DNA of 64,000 nucleotides from positions 190,032,001-190,096,000 of the forward strand of contig NC_086097.1 in assembly GCF_963921235.1 (NCBI RefSeq), read 5' to 3'. The translations under genes were made by a program, and so were the position numbers. Source of the stretch: Mobula hypostoma (lineage: Eukaryota). The first letter of the stretch is position 1. The number at the start of each line of letters is the position of its first letter. A model generated the notes under the pieces. The model was not told where the DNA came from, ran no database searches, and worked only from the letters and a program-made list of their open reading frames with translations. This document shows, piece after piece, positions 61,593-64,000 of this stretch.

Positions 61593-64000
61593 CAGTCATC
61601 AGAGAACTTACCAACTTGGAGATGGCTGTGTCTAGAAGACCGACCTTTAAATTTCCTACAGGGTTAGTCCTGGGACTGAGCTGAATGACTTACAGCAACA
61701 GTCACCTCCATTGATACAAGATACGCATCCACCCAGTGCCAAACACCTTCAGTTTTATTGACTACCTTGAAATTACATTAATAAATGTTGTAGTAATGCA
61801 AACAGGAGTCAACCAGACTTTACTTTAGATTTCTCTATTTTATTTATTTGTGTCATGCCTCTATGGAGGTGTGGAGCAGGAGTTTCTGGTATATCCCAAG
61901 CTGAACATTAACGAATAAATTATTGGTACAGTACGTGGTACATGACAATATTTAAGAATGTAAGGGCTTAAATGCGGAATTACCCTCTTGGATATAAATG
62001 GTTAAAAAGAACAGTAAAACGTTCACAGAACAGCATATGTATGGAAACTTAAAGAGCAAGAACCTTGAATTGCCAAAAGATTTCTGAACATTCCTTGACC
62101 CATGAACATTGCCTCATTATTCCTTTTACTGAACTATTTCTTTTGCAATTTATAGTAATCTTATGCCTTGCAATATGCCACTGCCACAAAACAACAAATT
62201 TCACATTATCAAAGTTAATGATAATAAATCTGATTCTGATTTTGATTATGCTACATCAAGAAACAACTGTGAATCTGTGAAGGGCACTACAGTGTGATCA
62301 GCTGGAGCATTAAACTGTTCAGAGGAATTTATAACCCAGGCTTATGTGGCAAGATAAACTGAAGCCACAAATACAGATGGCACATTTGTAATTAAAATAC
62401 TAGAAGACTGAAGCCTCAGTAGTTACTCAGAGGGATGAACATACATCAAAAGCAAGGGACAATGAGGATGAAGAACAGCCAGCACGACTGCACTTCAAAC
62501 AAGAATCAACAGAGACAGTTCATTAAGTAAAGTAAGATCAGCTCAATTCAGGAATCTCTGTACACAACTACTATTAACATGTTTGGGGATCTGTGGAGCT
62601 GATTGTAGTTTTGTTGATTTGTAAATAGAATAGTGATTTGTAATAGTGACAGATGTATTGATAGTATTTGTAATACATATAACAGTCAATTAAAATAAAG
62701 CTACTTTGTTGAAAACACAAGCCACGTGCTGTAAGGCGCAAAGCCAAACTCTAAAAGTGATTGGAAAATCTCCAGTTCCTGCAGCTTGGTAGCTTTTGCA
62801 CTTCAAGACAAATAATAGTGGCTGGAAATGCTTCTGATTTACTGAATCCACAGTCCTAATGGCTGTTTGAATACTGTGCTCAGGAGATCAATGTAGAAAA
62901 GAGATGGGCATAGAATATATATTTTAAGGCAGAAGCGATCACCTAAAAGGCTTCTTAGTGGGTCAAAGACTCACTGAGGCTGCAGATCAAGACCACTCAG
63001 TGTGACAGTTGTGAGTTTCAACAGACAGTGGTTAACTTGGAGGAGAAGATTGAAAAAAAGGATGCATTTCTTACCTAAGCACTGAAAGAATTAAACAAGA
63101 TGTAAAAGAGAGAAGAGATAAATGAAAATAGTTCAATATTTACATTATAAAATGACAACACTAAATCATAAGTTCCAGGAACAGATTGTGAAGGATGGAG
63201 TGCAAAGGCAGAAAGTATAATAAAACTGGGTACAGGCAGTCCATTTGCTGAACTAAATAAAACTCACCCGGGAGTCTGTGGACATTTATGGATCACTTAC
63301 GAGGTCATATATGAGTGAGCCCAGGATAATGCCTTTTAACTACAGGCTCAGAACATGAGCTACCTGGAATATTGGGAATAGGGATAAGATTCTGGTTTGG
63401 TTTGATCTCCAGGATGTGAACAATAGTCAAGCTATTGATGCAAAGGAAGATTAAACATGAAAATATGTGAGCACAGGCAATCACTCGGTGAAAGGTTGCC
63501 TAATGTTTACCTGGATATTCTTAATGTAGAAGTACATATCTGAAAAGTGTGTAAAATATCGCCATTCTGTTAACCTAATATATTCTTACCTATGCATATT
63601 GGGGTACTCTCTGGATCATGAGGTGCATGTTCCAGAAACTTCCGTTTGATGAAGTAACATATTATGATGATAGGGTGAAAATTAGATTGATATTAAAATA
63701 CTTGCATTCCAGGAGAATGAGATATAATATTCCATTCAACCAAATAGTATACAAAACATACTATTATCTCATTATTAAATTAGATTGATTTTCTCATGGC
63801 CAGCAGTCAAGAATTACGATCGTTGCTAGCTTAGCGTTTGTGGTAGTAGTCAAGATTTGCATCAAAATATGCACATTTTTTGACAATCATGTGTCACGTG
63901 CTGGTTTTCAAACAGTATGATTAATTTTTGGACTCGTGACCTTGCAGTATGCTCCTTCAAAGATGGCTGATGTTTGAGTTTCTAACCCATCGCCTACAGT

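Overview
Eukaryotic (vertebrate) genomic DNA, most likely from a cartilaginous fish; this is inferred from the repeat content (CR1 LINEs, an HE1-like V-SINE, many Penelope and Rex1 copies). The only host-gene exon I can support is the first coding exon of RALYL (RRM domain) on the minus strand at 59122-59393. Positions 1-59121 are therefore most likely the start of its large downstream intron. That intron is packed with nested transposable elements: CR1 and Rex1/Babar LINEs; a two-LTR Ty3/Gypsy element (tRNA-Trp-type PBS, 4-bp TSD) carrying a Penelope insertion; a solo LTR; a degenerate Sushi-like Gypsy; a Tc1 DD34E fragment; a Charlie/Buster hAT inside a 6-bp-TSD DNA transposon; and an R4/Dong-like endonuclease fragment. 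The most notable non-coding signal is a minimal type I hammerhead ribozyme motif in four Penelope termini, two intact and two decayed. Penelope hammerheads are a known class, so this is not a new system. However, the intact copies lie antisense to RALYL and the only sense copy is decayed. No prokaryotic features or CRISPR arrays were seen. All family assignments come from motif recognition by eye, not database searches, and boundaries of old repeats are approximate.
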